NCBI RefSeq assembly: GCF_004010195.1
Contig: NC_057718.1
Coordinates: 89,519,137 to 89,539,136 of the forward strand
DNA: 20,000 nucleotides
Reading direction: 5' to 3'
Source of the DNA: Chiloscyllium plagiosum
Lineage: Eukaryota
This document shows positions 19,866 to 20,000 of this stretch, one piece after another (position 1 is the stretch's first letter; each line of letters starts with the position of its first letter). The notes beneath the pieces are model-generated. The model ran no database searches, was not told the DNA's origin, and saw only the letters and a program-made list of their open reading frames with translations. The position numbers and the translations under genes were made by a program.

Positions 19866-20000
19866 CCCCCTCCAAACTGATTACATACCTCTCACTCCAA
19901 ACTGATTAAATACCCTCCCTCTCCAAACTGATTACATACCTCTCACTACAAACTGATTAAATACCCTCCCTCTCCAAACTGATTAAATCCCACTCCCTCC
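19866..20000. repeat. 25/26-bp minisatellite (CTCCAAACTGATTA[C/A]ATACC...) running off the window end
   Basis: Units start at 19870, 19895, 19921, 19946 and 19972. Confidence 0.9.

Noticed and set aside
15459..20000. An additional upstream SYNE1 exon
   Set aside because: I found no minus-strand frame with spectrin-repeat character and matching splice sites. The previous exon probably lies beyond the window, though I could have missed a short one.

Overview
This is vertebrate genomic DNA, almost certainly from a shark or other elasmobranch, judged from its HE1-type SINEs and CR1 LINE tails. It holds five consecutive internal coding exons of SYNE1 (nesprin-1, spectrin-repeat rod) on the minus strand: 15167-15458, 11459-11631, 9709-10018, 6190-6354 and 1464-1820. 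All have canonical GT-AG ends and compatible phases, giving 1297 nt or about 432 aa. The introns are densely packed with retroelement debris: CR1 3' fragments, HE1/V-SINEs, Deu-domain SINEs, another tRNA-derived SINE family, Penelope-like terminal fragments and a probable solo LTR. They also contain mini- and microsatellites. I found no new protein-coding system. Three things stand out: (i) minimal hammerhead-ribozyme motifs in the Penelope-like fragments, one of them intact and sense to the SYNE1 pre-mRNA; (ii) a 31-bp minisatellite that multiplies the exon's own 5' splice site about 9 times; (iii) an inverted SINE pair carrying a 144-bp templated insertion. Repeat family names come from recalled consensus similarity, not from a database search.
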